A stretch of DNA of 64,000 bases from an uncultured Planctomycetaceae bacterium. Its GTDB lineage: Bacteria > Planctomycetota > Planctomycetia > Planctomycetales > Planctomycetaceae. The notes under the pieces were generated by a model. The model did no database searches. It was not told the origin of the DNA and worked only from the letters and a program-made list of their open reading frames with translations. Below, piece by piece: positions 1 to 9,408 of this stretch. The stretch's first letter is position 1. Each line of letters opens with the position of its first letter. Both the position numbers and the translations under genes were made by a program. The stretch lies in assembly GCA_963976765.1 (NCBI GenBank), contig CAXBME010000006.1, positions 1 through 64,000 on the forward strand, given 5' to 3'.

Positions 1-260
1 CCCGCTGCAAACTCAAATCCATCTACCCAAAGATTTTGCTCTGACGAAGCACTAGATCGTCCACCGGTCGAAATCCTGAAGTCATGCCAATCTCCCTGAA
101 CAGTTTTGGGACAAGCGACTTGAGTGCCGGAACTTGCCACACGTGGCGAATTCCCGCCACCTCACAATGACTCAAATTATCCGTAATCGTTGCAATCGTT
201 ACATTCGGAACACGGCGACAAATCCCGTCACGGTAACTGTTTGCCGCTGCTGACAAGAAG

Positions 261-290
261 TTGACACTCAAATCGAACCGGCACTACAGT
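261..290 (+). promoter_or_regulatory. Candidate sigma70 promoter of the amidase operon
   Basis: TTGACA (261-266), 18-nt spacer, TACAGT (285-290), 65 nt upstream of the ATG at 355. Confidence 0.5.
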
Positions 291-354
291 CTCGTCGCGT
301 AAGCACGAGGGAGCGTGCACAATCGCATGGATGAGACGCGTCAGGGAGGACGCC

Positions 355-1059
355 ATGAACAGGATTGTTCGATTATTTTGTCAGGTATTAACTGTCGGCA
401 GTCTCGCTGGCTGCATGCCATCGCCAATGCAGTCCACGGTAGGCTCGGTTCCGGCGATTCAATCTCCGGCCCCACAGCCTGCTTTCAGACCTGCCCCACC
501 AGTCGTCGTTCAAAACCCCTGGAAGCCTGATGCGGTCGCCCGAAAATGGCGGCATATCGTGCTTCATCATACAGCATCGTCTGCCGGCTCTGTCGAAAGC
601 GTTCACGAAGCACACATTGGTCGGGGATGGGACGGAATCGGATATCACTTTCTCATTGGCAACGGAAAGGGAATGGGCGACGGAGAGATTCAATCCACTT
701 TTCGCTGGCGAGAGCAGATTCACGGGGCTCACGCCAAGAGTCCCAATAACGAGTACAACGAGTATGGCATTGGCATCTGCCTTGTCGGGAACTTTGAGGA
801 AACAGACCCCTCGGACGCTCAACTGGCAAGTGTGAAACGACTGGTCAGCGTCCTCAAGCATGAATACCAGCTGACTGACTCTCAGGTGATCGCTCATCGG
901 GATGTCAAAGCGACAGCCTGTCCGGGGAAGAATTTTCCTATCGGAGAAATCAGTCGAAGTTCGGTGTTTCCAGTTCTCGCAGGTCAGTTCGGAACTTACG
1001 TTACAGCGCAGCCGAGAGCGTTTCAGATCGTGGAAGTTGAACGGAGCAACTTGCGATGA
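355..1059 (+). CDS. N-acetylmuramoyl-L-alanine amidase (Amidase_2), lipoprotein
   Basis: Motifs IVLHHTA, IGYHFLI, GAHA, GICLVGNF, AHRDVKATACPG; lipobox LAGC; GGAGGA before ATG 355. Confidence 0.88.
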   Translation: MNRIVRLFCQVLTVGSLAGCMPSPMQSTVGSVPAIQSPAPQPAFRPAPPVVVQNPWKPDAVARKWRHIVLHHTASSAGSVESVHEAHIGRGWDGIGYHFLIGNGKGMGDGEIQSTFRWREQIHGAHAKSPNNEYNEYGIGICLVGNFEETDPSDAQLASVKRLVSVLKHEYQLTDSQVIAHRDVKATACPGKNFPIGEISRSSVFPVLAGQFGTYVTAQPRAFQIVEVERSNLR

Positions 1060-1844
1060 TGCATTCCAGAAACCAATTGCCACCACCGACTCGTGGACAT
1101 CAGAAATCATCGCAGAAGGATGCCGGGTATTCTCAGGTCGAACCGCCGACAGCCACGTCGGAGCCACAAAGCGACGTTCAGTTCTGGCAGGTCAATGACT
1201 TCGCCGCTGGCACGATCCCGGAAAGTTACGAACCTCGTTACGCGTACCCGCTGATTGTCTGGCTGACCGGCGGTGACTGCGGAATTGACGAATCACTCGA
1301 CCACATTGCCGCGATGAGTCCACAGAACTATCTGGGTCTGGCGATCGATGAATGCCTGTTCGACACGCCCGCTTCCGACCAGTACGACTTCGACATGCCC
1401 GTTGAATTTCTGAAGCGACTGGTCGATGTCGAAAACCGCGTCGTCAGCGCTGTGCGGTCTGTCCGGCAGGTTCTGAACGTGCATACCGAGCGAATCTTTA
1501 TCGCTGGAGCCGGTGAAGCCGCTTCAGTCGCACTTCTGCTGGCGATTCATCAGCCCGAATGGTTTGGAGGCTGCGTTGCGTTCGGAGGAAGTTTCCCGGC
1601 GGCAGCGAGATTGCTGGCCCACAAGTCAAAACTGTCTGGAAAGCGTTTTTTCCTGGGCGCCACCGGCGGAAGATCGGCATGGCAGACGACAAGCAGCGTC
1701 CGTAACACCGCTCGACAGCTCGTTGCAACGGGTGCCGATGTTTCGGTCTCGGTCAACGCTTCCGAAACGGAATCACTGATCAACCCGCGTTCGCTACGCG
1801 AGGTCGACCAGTGGATCATCTCGGGCATTCTCGCCAGCGCGTAG
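1056..1844 (+). CDS. Alpha/beta-hydrolase fold (phospholipase/carboxylesterase-like) protein lacking the nucleophile Ser
   Basis: YEPRYAYPLIVWL and ERIFIAGAGEAA at the GxSxG position; ATGA overlap with the amidase stop. Confidence 0.65.
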   Translation: MMHSRNQLPPPTRGHQKSSQKDAGYSQVEPPTATSEPQSDVQFWQVNDFAAGTIPESYEPRYAYPLIVWLTGGDCGIDESLDHIAAMSPQNYLGLAIDECLFDTPASDQYDFDMPVEFLKRLVDVENRVVSAVRSVRQVLNVHTERIFIAGAGEAASVALLLAIHQPEWFGGCVAFGGSFPAAARLLAHKSKLSGKRFFLGATGGRSAWQTTSSVRNTARQLVATGADVSVSVNASETESLINPRSLREVDQWIISGILASA

Positions 1845-1879
1845 AACCTCGGATCGATATCGCGAGGTCAACGACTGGC

Positions 1880-2322
1880 CGTTTCGATGCAGATCGGAGG
1901 ATGGCACAGGTTGCTTGCAATCTGTGTGGCGCAGCACACGAGATTTTCAGGGACTGGCTGGTAAACGTTACTGGTCGCGTGTCCAGCCCCGACGTCTGCG
2001 ATCGCAATCAGGGATACCACGCTCCGCCGCATCACTTGTTGAGCAGATCATCGCCAAGCATCCACATGTCCACAGCGCAGGCAAACTTCCGTTCGTGGAG
2101 CGAATGCTTCGACGAATGCCCGCAGACGTTAAGCCACGGACAGCCTTACTGCAGTGCCTCAATGTTCTTTCGCCAGAAGCCGGTAGGAAACCTGCTGCCG
2201 TGCTTGCGGTAAGTCTGCCCGAAATGGCGTCTGAAGCAAAACACGTCGTCGACAGGATGCGGGATATCCAATTGGAATTTCCACGAACCAGGCTTCCTTC
2301 GTCGTCACCGAGCCGATTTTGA
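1880..2322 (+). pseudogene. Degraded sulfotransferase-domain remnant (boundaries approximate)
   Basis: GIPRSAASLVEQIIAKHPHVHSAGKLPF from 2011 resembles GMPRSGTTLVEQILASHPxVxGAGEL; later VVDRM and EFPRTR echo DKMP and FPxAR; no credible start, truncated. Confidence 0.5.
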
Positions 2323-2504
2323 AATCCCTGCCTCGTATCTGTCGACGAGTTTCTAATCGGTAATCGCAACGTATCGACTGCTGGCATTCCGCCGCTGCAT
2401 TGAACATCCGGCGCGGGCTTCGTAATTTCGCTCTGCTGAACACACCGTATGGGAAACTCGCACCCCCACAGAATTCAAACGCGCTTCTTCGGAGAATCGA
2501 AATA

Positions 2505-4841
2505 ATGACTTCACTCAGTCGTCGAACCGCTCTCAAAATTGCCGCCGCTGGAACAACCTTGCTGGCCGCCGGCGAAGCGGCTGAATCCACCGCGCAGACA
2601 GCTGCAAGCCAGAAGGCGGGAACAGTCGTTGGAAAGTGGAGCACGACTCATGACCGAGTCTTTCTGGGCGAAGAGTTCTGGGCCAACCCGATGGAGAACT
2701 GGGTGATTGTCGATGGAGCGGCTGAGTGTCAGTCGACCGCCGGCAATCGCAACGTCCACCTGATCACTCATCAGATCACAAATCTGGCAGGTTCGTTTGA
2801 GATGTCTGTCGACATCGAGGAAGTCGAAGCCGCGAAGACAGGTGGCGGCGCCGGTTTCAGGATCGGCATCCGCAGCGACATCAACGAATACCGCAGCAAC
2901 AGCTTCGCGAAGAACGGCATCAATGCGGGTCTGGAGAATGGCTCACTCATTCTGGGGCGAGCGACGAAAGCACTCGCCGAGGGCGCCAGTACGAAGATGT
3001 TTGCTTTGCAGCTGGTCGGCAAATCAGCGGACGGTGGCCGTTTCGAGCTGAAGCTGACTGCGACCGATAAGTTGGGAAAGGAACTCGGTACTGTTTCGTT
3101 TAACGCGCCCTCTCAGGCTGTGCTCGGCAACGTAGCCATCGTCAACAACTATGGACCGGAAAAGGGAAAGGTGAGAGGAGGACGATTCCGATTCCGCAAC
3201 TGGGCCGTTGACGGGGACGTGTTCACGATTACCCCGGAACAGAAATTCGGGCCGATCCTCTGGTCGATGTACTCACTGAGCGATTCCCGGAGTGACGAAG
3301 GTTTCGTCATGAAGATGAATGCTCTGACCGGACCGCTCGGCGAAAAAGATAATCAGCACGTCGAGCTGCAGATTCAGAAAGACGGCGAATGGAAATCTCT
3401 CGGCACCGCGAAGCTGGACCCCGATGCCTGGACGGCGACGTTCCGTATTGCGAACTGGGATGAGAAATCTGAGACGTCGTACCGACTCGTTTATAACGAG
3501 AAAGGAACCGATGATTCGGTGACGGAAACCGAATGGACCGGCACGATCAAAGCCAACCCCAGCGGTCGACCACTGCGTCTGGCAGCGCTGACCTGCCAGA
3601 ACGACTACGGATTTCCATACGAACCCGTCGCCAATAACGTGATCAAACTCGATCCGGACATGCTGTACTTCTCGGGCGATCAGCTCTACGAAGGCCACGG
3701 CGGTTACGGCCTGATCCGTGACCCGGCTGACCGAGCGATCCTGAATTACCTGCGCAAGTTCTACCAGTTCGGCTGGTCATTTCGACACGCACTGAAGAAC
3801 GCACCGACCGTCTGTATTCCCGACGACCACGACGTCTTCCAGGGAAACTACTGGGGCGAAGGCGGTGCTCCGATGAAGATCACGCCGGAGGATCCCGGTG
3901 CCTCATCAAAAGGCGGCTATCGAGAACCGGTCAAGATGGTCAACGTCGTGCACAGTACGTGCGCCGGCCATCATCCAGACTTCTACGATCCCACGCCGGT
4001 CAAACAGAACATGAGCGTCTATTACGGCGACATGGTTTACGGCGGTGTCAGCTTCGCCATTCTGAGCGATCGACAATTCAAGAGCGGCCCTGAACGGGTC
4101 GAAACCGGCAGCGGTCGCGCAGACCATGTCAAAGATCAGAATGTCGACACGGCACACCTCGATAAGCCGGGTCTCGTGCTGCTCGGAGAGCGTCAGGAAA
4201 AGTTCCTGGCAGAATGGGGCAATGACTGGCGAGGCCACTCGGTCAAGGTGCTGCTCAGTCAGACAGTTTTCGCCGGAGTGGCCACTCACCATGGTGGCTA
4301 CAATGGCTACCTGAAAGCCGACCTGGATTCCGGTGGCTGGCCGCAGACCGCTCGCAACAACGCGATCAACATTCTCCGAAAATCAAAGGCGCTGCACATT
4401 AACGGCGATCAGCATCTTACGTCGCTTTCGCAGTACGGCGTCGACAAACAGCGCGACAGCAACTGGTCCTTCTGCACGCCCGCGATCGCTGCGGGTTACC
4501 CTCGCTGGTGGCGTCCGGACGAAGTCAACATGCCTCATCAGAATCGTCCAAAGCACGGCCATGACCACACCGGCGAGTTTCTCGACGGGTTTGGAAACAA
4601 GGTCTACGTCTACGCCGTCGGCAACCCTGAAGTCGCCTCAAAGAAAAATCGTTATGAAGTCGCTCATCAGAAGGCAAGCGGTTTCGGGCTGGTGACCATC
4701 GACCCGGAGAAGAAAACCTACCATCTGGACTGCTTCCGCTTCCTGATAGACGCCACAGACGGCAATCCCGAAAACCAGTTCCCCGGCTGGCCAGTGACAA
4801 TTCACCAGAACGAAAATGCCGGTGAGAACAGGCTTGGATAG
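2505..4841 (+). CDS. Tat-exported PhoD-like metallophosphoesterase (alkaline phosphatase D family)
   Basis: SRRTALK Tat signal; [14 protein letters not shown] and NGDQH motifs. Confidence 0.82.
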   Translation: MTSLSRRTALKIAAAGTTLLAAGEAAESTAQTAASQKAGTVVGKWSTTHDRVFLGEEFWANPMENWVIVDGAAECQSTAGNRNVHLITHQITNLAGSFEMSVDIEEVEAAKTGGGAGFRIGIRSDINEYRSNSFAKNGINAGLENGSLILGRATKALAEGASTKMFALQLVGKSADGGRFELKLTATDKLGKELGTVSFNAPSQAVLGNVAIVNNYGPEKGKVRGGRFRFRNWAVDGDVFTITPEQKFGPILWSMYSLSDSRSDEGFVMKMNALTGPLGEKDNQHVELQIQKDGEWKSLGTAKLDPDAWTATFRIANWDEKSETSYRLVYNEKGTDDSVTETEWTGTIKANPSGRPLRLAALTCQNDYGFPYEPVANNVIKLDPDMLYFSGDQLYEGHGGYGLIRDPADRAILNYLRKFYQFGWSFRHALKNAPTVCIPDDHDVFQGNYWGEGGAPMKITPEDPGASSKGGYREPVKMVNVVHSTCAGHHPDFYDPTPVKQNMSVYYGDMVYGGVSFAILSDRQFKSGPERVETGSGRADHVKDQNVDTAHLDKPGLVLLGERQEKFLAEWGNDWRGHSVKVLLSQTVFAGVATHHGGYNGYLKADLDSGGWPQTARNNAINILRKSKALHINGDQHLTSLSQYGVDKQRDSNWSFCTPAIAAGYPRWWRPDEVNMPHQNRPKHGHDHTGEFLDGFGNKVYVYAVGNPEVASKKNRYEVAHQKASGFGLVTIDPEKKTYHLDCFRFLIDATDGNPENQFPGWPVTIHQNENAGENRLG

Positions 4842-4874
4842 CAATAATCAGTCGCCCCTGACGAGGATTTTTAC

Positions 4875-4943
4875 AATCCCGAAAGACGCGAACGATACGA
4901 AAAGGAAGTTATCTCTTTCGTGCTTTTTGAGTCTTTCGTGGTT
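4875..4943. repeat. 9-nt-periodic intergenic palindrome (CACGAAA type, degenerate)
   Basis: aatcccgaaagacgcgaacgatacgaaa ... tttcgtgctttttgagtctttcgtggtt. Confidence 0.65.
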
Positions 4944-5043
4944 AATAGAAGTCAGAGAAACCACACAGCGATAACTCCTGACGACCTGTCGCGAACAACG
5001 ACACACGTAGAACATGTAGAAGTAGAAAAGGAATTGGCAGTTA

Positions 5044-6132
5044 ATGTCTGGCGAGTCGACTGGTCCCTGCCTGGACCAGATCAGCATCTTTGATTCGGAA
5101 GCGGTGGAGCAACTGCGGAAGGAAGCGCGGCTCGACCCCGAGCATGTTCGTGTGTTACGGAACGCTTTGCTCAAGAAATTCGAAGCGGACGACGTCGCGC
5201 TGGCTCGGTTTCCCGAGAGAGACCGAATCGTTTGCCACACGCTCGAACTGTTTCGTCGTTGCGATTCGCAGGTCGATGGTGCTTCGAAGCTGCTGCTGAA
5301 AACCGCGACTGGTATGCTGATCGAATCGGTCATTCTGCGTATCGCGACGGGACGTTCGACGCTGTGTGTATCCAGCCAGGTCGGCTGCGCCGCGGCGTGC
5401 GACTTCTGCGCGACCGGCAGGATGGGCATCGCTCAGAATCTGTCATCTGCCGAAATCCTCGATCAGGTCGTTCAGGCGGGACAGCTACTCACTGCCGAAG
5501 GACGACGGCTTCACAACATTGTTTTCATGGGAATGGGTGAGCCGTTTCACAATGAAGACAACCTGTTCGAAACGCTGGACGCTCTGACATCGCCGAAATT
5601 ATTTAACCGCTCGCCCGGCAGCATTCTGGTTTCAACAGTCGGCGTTTCGGGCGGCATGCGGCGATGTGCTGAGCGATTTCCGAAAGTAAATCTGGCCTTG
5701 AGCCTGCACAGCGTGAATCCCGAAGTCCGTCGAGACTTGATCCCGCTGACAAAAAAACATCCGCTCGACGAACTTCAGGCAACCATCCGCGAGTTGAACA
5801 GTCAGCAGGGCATTCCGGTGATGATCGAGTATCTCATGCTGGCCGGAAAAAACGATTCGGATGACGACGCGGCTCAGCTGGTCGAGTGGCTGCACGGCCT
5901 GAACGTGCACGTCAACCTGATCCCGTACAACGAGATCGAAGATGCTCCTCACCTGACCGGAACTGCAGACGTAAAGATCAGAACCTTCGCCGCTTACCTG
6001 AAAGATTCCGGCCTGACAGCCACCGTGCGATACTCCCTCGGCAGCGACATCGCCGCCGCCTGCGGTCAGCTGGTCAGAAAAGAAAACCGCCAGCAGGCAA
6101 GGACCAGCAACTGGGAGCTGCCCCGCGTCTGA
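5044..6132 (+). CDS. rlmN: Radical SAM RNA methyltransferase, RlmN family
   Basis: CVSSQVGCAAACDFC, FMGMGEP, LALSLH, VNLIPYN, DIAAACGQL. Confidence 0.88.
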   Translation: MSGESTGPCLDQISIFDSEAVEQLRKEARLDPEHVRVLRNALLKKFEADDVALARFPERDRIVCHTLELFRRCDSQVDGASKLLLKTATGMLIESVILRIATGRSTLCVSSQVGCAAACDFCATGRMGIAQNLSSAEILDQVVQAGQLLTAEGRRLHNIVFMGMGEPFHNEDNLFETLDALTSPKLFNRSPGSILVSTVGVSGGMRRCAERFPKVNLALSLHSVNPEVRRDLIPLTKKHPLDELQATIRELNSQQGIPVMIEYLMLAGKNDSDDDAAQLVEWLHGLNVHVNLIPYNEIEDAPHLTGTADVKIRTFAAYLKDSGLTATVRYSLGSDIAAACGQLVRKENRQQARTSNWELPRV

Positions 6133-6154
6133 GACAACAGGGCTCGTTAATCAA

Positions 6155-6220
6155 GTTGCGTCTCGACGTACCACTTTGCAATTTGCAACTTCCGAATCAT
6201 GGTGCCAAGACGCACCCGGC
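6155..6220. repeat. Degenerate REP-like doublet (GGTGCGTC..GACGCACC type)
   Basis: gttgcgtctcgacgtacc ... ggtgccaagacgcacccggc, similar to 7324-7388. Confidence 0.5.
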
Positions 6221-6366
6221 CAACCAACCAGTGAGCCCCTCGAAATGACTTACTCAAAGCAGGGTCACGCTCGATAATTAAGTAATTGGTTGAGACACTG
6301 CACAAGCGGTGTCGAGAGCCCGACGACATCCACCCAAAAGCAGAAATGCCTCTAGGAGATCATCGA

Positions 6367-7170
6367 ATGCGAGGAGCACTTGTCTGTTTACTGTTGTGGC
6401 TGGGCCATGAAAACGCATCACTCGGCCAGCAGCCCAAAAGGATCGCTACCAGCAACCGTATCTCGCTCGTTCTGGTTCCGGCAGGAACGTTCATGATGGG
6501 ATCACCGGAAACAGAAGCTGGCCGGGATCCAAACGAACCGCAACATCAAGTAACCATTACTAATGCCTTCTACCTTGGTGTCTCGGAGGTAACACAGGGC
6601 CAATGGGAATCGATCATGAAGACAACACCGTGGAAGGGACAGGAGCTTGTCGAGGAAGGTAAGAACTTCGCCGCGTCCTATATCAGCTGGGAAGACGCCG
6701 TAGAATTCTGCAAACGACTTAGTGAAAAAGAAGGAAGACAGTACCGCTTACCGACCGAGGCGGAGTGGGAATACGCATGCCGCGCTGGAACTACGACCGC
6801 GTACTCATTTGGAGACACGTGGGCTAACATCACGAAAAACGGTTGGTGCAAGCTCAACACCAACGGTGAATTCATTGGAAAGTCAGAACAGTACCCTCAC
6901 GAAGTGCGTCGAAAACGACCGAATCGCTTCGGACTGTATGACATGCATGGAAACGTTTGGGAGTGGTGTTCAGACTGGTATGGTGGCTCTTACTACAGAG
7001 ACTCTCCAGCCAAAGACCCAATGGGCCCCAGCTCTGGAGTCCATCACATTTTTCGAGGTGGAAGCTGGAGGAGTCCGCCTGAATATTGCCGATCAGCCGG
7101 GCGGGGCGTCGACGAGAGATCGGGCAATAACGGCTGTCTAGTGGGATTCCGCGTAGCCGCAGATAAATAA
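6367..7170 (+). CDS. FGE-sulfatase (SUMF1-like, CLec fold) domain protein, secreted
   Basis: FMMGSP, EVTQGQW, RLPTEAEWEYACRAG, PNRFGLYDMHGNVWEWC, RGGSW, GFRV; GGAGA before ATG 6367. Confidence 0.9.
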   Translation: MRGALVCLLLWLGHENASLGQQPKRIATSNRISLVLVPAGTFMMGSPETEAGRDPNEPQHQVTITNAFYLGVSEVTQGQWESIMKTTPWKGQELVEEGKNFAASYISWEDAVEFCKRLSEKEGRQYRLPTEAEWEYACRAGTTTAYSFGDTWANITKNGWCKLNTNGEFIGKSEQYPHEVRRKRPNRFGLYDMHGNVWEWCSDWYGGSYYRDSPAKDPMGPSSGVHHIFRGGSWRSPPEYCRSAGRGVDERSGNNGCLVGFRVAADK

Positions 7171-7323
7171 TCTTCCAAGCAGGGCATGGAACCAAATCGC
7201 AACGCACGTTTTCTGTTGTGGTTTCGAGTGATGACGTAGCCGGGTAATGGTGTCCCCTAAACTTTCTACATACTGACCATTTCTGGTCCGGATACGTTGA
7301 CGATGCTCTCAAGCCGCAGTGGC

Positions 7324-7427
7324 GCAGGGTGTGCTCGACGCACCACTCCATCTCGCAATCCGATGCCGGTGCGTCAAAACGCACCGGCGTGATGGCATGT
7401 TGTGCTGGTGGGCGGTGCCCACCCTAC
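7324..7427. repeat. Cluster of REP-like palindromes (GTAG family)
   Basis: gcagggtgtgctcgacgcacca, ccggtgcgtcaaaacgcaccgg, ggtgggcggtgcccaccctac (reverse complement GTAGGGTGGGCACCGCCCACC). Confidence 0.7.
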
Positions 7428-7432
7428 GGTTT

Positions 7433-8722
7433 TTACACCTGCGGTTCCCAGCCGGGTTCGTATTCCCGTTGCCAGAGCTTCATGGCTTTTTCGTCGCCGA
7501 TGATGTGGCCGTCTTTGGTGCTGCAATTCAGGTTTCGGCCGGTGCGGTGCGAGATATTGCCCAGGTGGCAGAGCAGCGTACTGATGTGACCGGACTGGAT
7601 TTCCTGGTTCAACTCCAGGGGCTTGTCGTTGCGGATGGCGGCGACGAAGTTGTCGATGTGCTCGACGTCTCCCTTGTTGCCCTTGACTTCTTTCTTCACC
7701 TTGTCGGTCGCGCCGTCGAAGAAGGTGCAGTTGCCGCCGCCGTCGATCGACATGGCTCCGTCCTCTCCGTAGAAGGTGACAAAATCGTTGCGATGCCGGT
7801 TGCAGCTCATGCCGTCCCAGGCCATCGACTTCTTGCCTTCGAACTCGAACGCGACGTTGTGAGTGTCTGGCGTCTGCTGATCATCGTCGAAGCGGTAGCG
7901 TCCACCGGCTGAAACCACTCGGGTGGGATAATCGACCTGTAGACCCCAGCGGCAGAGGTCCAGCGCGTGGATGCCGTTGTTGCCGAGTTCGCCGTTGCCC
8001 CAGTGCCAGAACCAGTGCCAGTTGTAGTGAATGCGATTGTCGTAGTAGGCGACTCGCGGAGCAGGCCCCTGCCACTGGTCGTACTGCAGAAAGTCCGGAA
8101 CCGGAGCGGCCAGGCCTTTGCCGATGGGACCTCGAGCGTTGCCGTACCAGGAATTCGCGTGGTAGACGCGACCGATTTCGCCGTCCCACAGCAGCTGCAT
8201 GGCTTCGGTAATTGACGCCGAGCTGCGACGTTGCGTACCCATCTGAACGGCACGGTTGTGCTTACGAGCCGCCTGAATCATCAGCTCGCCTTCGTGCGGA
8301 TTGTGACTGCACGGTTTTTCGACATAAACGTGCTTGCCAGCGGCGCAACCGAGGATCGTCGCCGGGGCGTGCCAGTGATTCGGAGCGGCGACGACCAGCG
8401 CGTCGATGTCTTTGTTGTCGAGAATCCGGCGGAAGTCCTGCACGACTTCCGGAGCCTTGCCGCCAGCTTTTTCGATGGCCGCCCCGCCAGCCTTGGCTCG
8501 GTTGATGTCGACGTCCGCGGCACAGGCAACTTCGACACCCGTCTGGCCGCCGAATGTCAGAGCCAGCGACTTGCCACGACTGAGTCCCATGACTCCGACG
8601 CGAACGCGAGCACTGGGAGCGTCCTGCGCGAGCGCGACTCCCGTCTTCACGACATAGCCCGCCGCCGCGGTCGCCGCCGTGGCCCCTTTAACAAACTGCC
8701 GCCGATTGAGGTTGTCTGGCAT
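7433..8722 (-). CDS. Tat-exported Gfo/Idh/MocA oxidoreductase
   Basis: NRRQFVK signal; APNHWHA, KHVYVEKP, QMGTQRRS, GIHALD. Confidence 0.92.
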   Translation of the reverse strand: MPDNLNRRQFVKGATAATAAAGYVVKTGVALAQDAPSARVRVGVMGLSRGKSLALTFGGQTGVEVACAADVDINRAKAGGAAIEKAGGKAPEVVQDFRRILDNKDIDALVVAAPNHWHAPATILGCAAGKHVYVEKPCSHNPHEGELMIQAARKHNRAVQMGTQRRSSASITEAMQLLWDGEIGRVYHANSWYGNARGPIGKGLAAPVPDFLQYDQWQGPAPRVAYYDNRIHYNWHWFWHWGNGELGNNGIHALDLCRWGLQVDYPTRVVSAGGRYRFDDDQQTPDTHNVAFEFEGKKSMAWDGMSCNRHRNDFVTFYGEDGAMSIDGGGNCTFFDGATDKVKKEVKGNKGDVEHIDNFVAAIRNDKPLELNQEIQSGHISTLLCHLGNISHRTGRNLNCSTKDGHIIGDEKAMKLWQREYEPGWEPQV

Positions 8723-8741
8723 GTTTCGATCCTCTCAAGAG

Positions 8742-8802
8742 GTAGGCTGGGTCTCGCCCCAGCAGATTCCTGGTGACAAAGCTGGGGCACGACCCAGCCT
8801 AC
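8742..8802. repeat. REP-like inverted doublet (GTAG...CTAC)
   Basis: GTAGGCTGGGTCTCGCCCCAGC ... GCTGGGGCACGACCCAGCCTAC; degenerate homologue at 51482-51537. Confidence 0.8.
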
Positions 8803-8805
8803 GCG

Positions 8806-9408
8806 CTACTTGGGTGAAGTTTCCATTGAGGGCACCATTGCCGCCGCTTCGTCAAACGCCTGCGTTGCTTCGCGGAAAGAACTTCGGGCTTCCACGAGGT
8901 GACCGTCAGCGGCCGCCGACCAGCTACGGTTAAGCATTCGCTCTCCGTAGGCGGCGGTGACCAGCAGATCGGCTCCGACTCGCATGCCGAGTCGGTCGAA
9001 TAGTTTCTGCCTTGCTTCAGCAAACGGCAACACGGTCTGTTCAAGAATCTGCTCGACGTGAGCGATGATGGTGTCGCTGTCGAGTTCGTCGATCTTCCCG
9101 GTCAGTTCGCGAAGTTGCGGGATGAGCCCTGCCAGTAGTTTCAGAGGGTTGGATTCGTCGCTGTCGTTTTTCTGGTTCGCCTTTCGCCGGGCGAACACAT
9201 CTTTCCACCAGATGATCAGGCCAATGACTGTGGCAGTGAATGCGATGCTGAATTCAGGGAGCGTGTCCGGAAAACGGTCCAGCAATGCTGGCTTCGCGCC
9301 TTCGGGGATTGTGGCCGGAAGTTTCGCGGCTCCGGAAATGGCTGCCATGATGCCTCCGCCGAACAGAATGTATGCGAGGATTCTCACTGACCACCTCCTG
9401 CCATCCAT
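8806..9408 (-). CDS. Hypothetical membrane protein (two TM helices plus helical C-terminal domain)
   Basis: 200-aa ORF overlapping the OPT gene end; GGAGG upstream; YGERMLNRSWSAAADGH motif. Confidence 0.75.
   Translation of the reverse strand: MDGRRWSVRILAYILFGGGIMAAISGAAKLPATIPEGAKPALLDRFPDTLPEFSIAFTATVIGLIIWWKDVFARRKANQKNDSDESNPLKLLAGLIPQLRELTGKIDELDSDTIIAHVEQILEQTVLPFAEARQKLFDRLGMRVGADLLVTAAYGERMLNRSWSAAADGHLVEARSSFREATQAFDEAAAMVPSMETSPK

Noticed and set aside
5044..6132. Cfr-type resistance methyltransferase
   Set aside because: MGMGEP and overall motifs fit the RlmN type; no mobile context. Whether it is the main rlmN or a paralogue cannot be told here
7060..7170. C-terminus of the FGE/CLec protein as a diversity-generating retroelement variable region
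   Set aside because: No template repeat differing at adenines and no reverse transcriptase in the window
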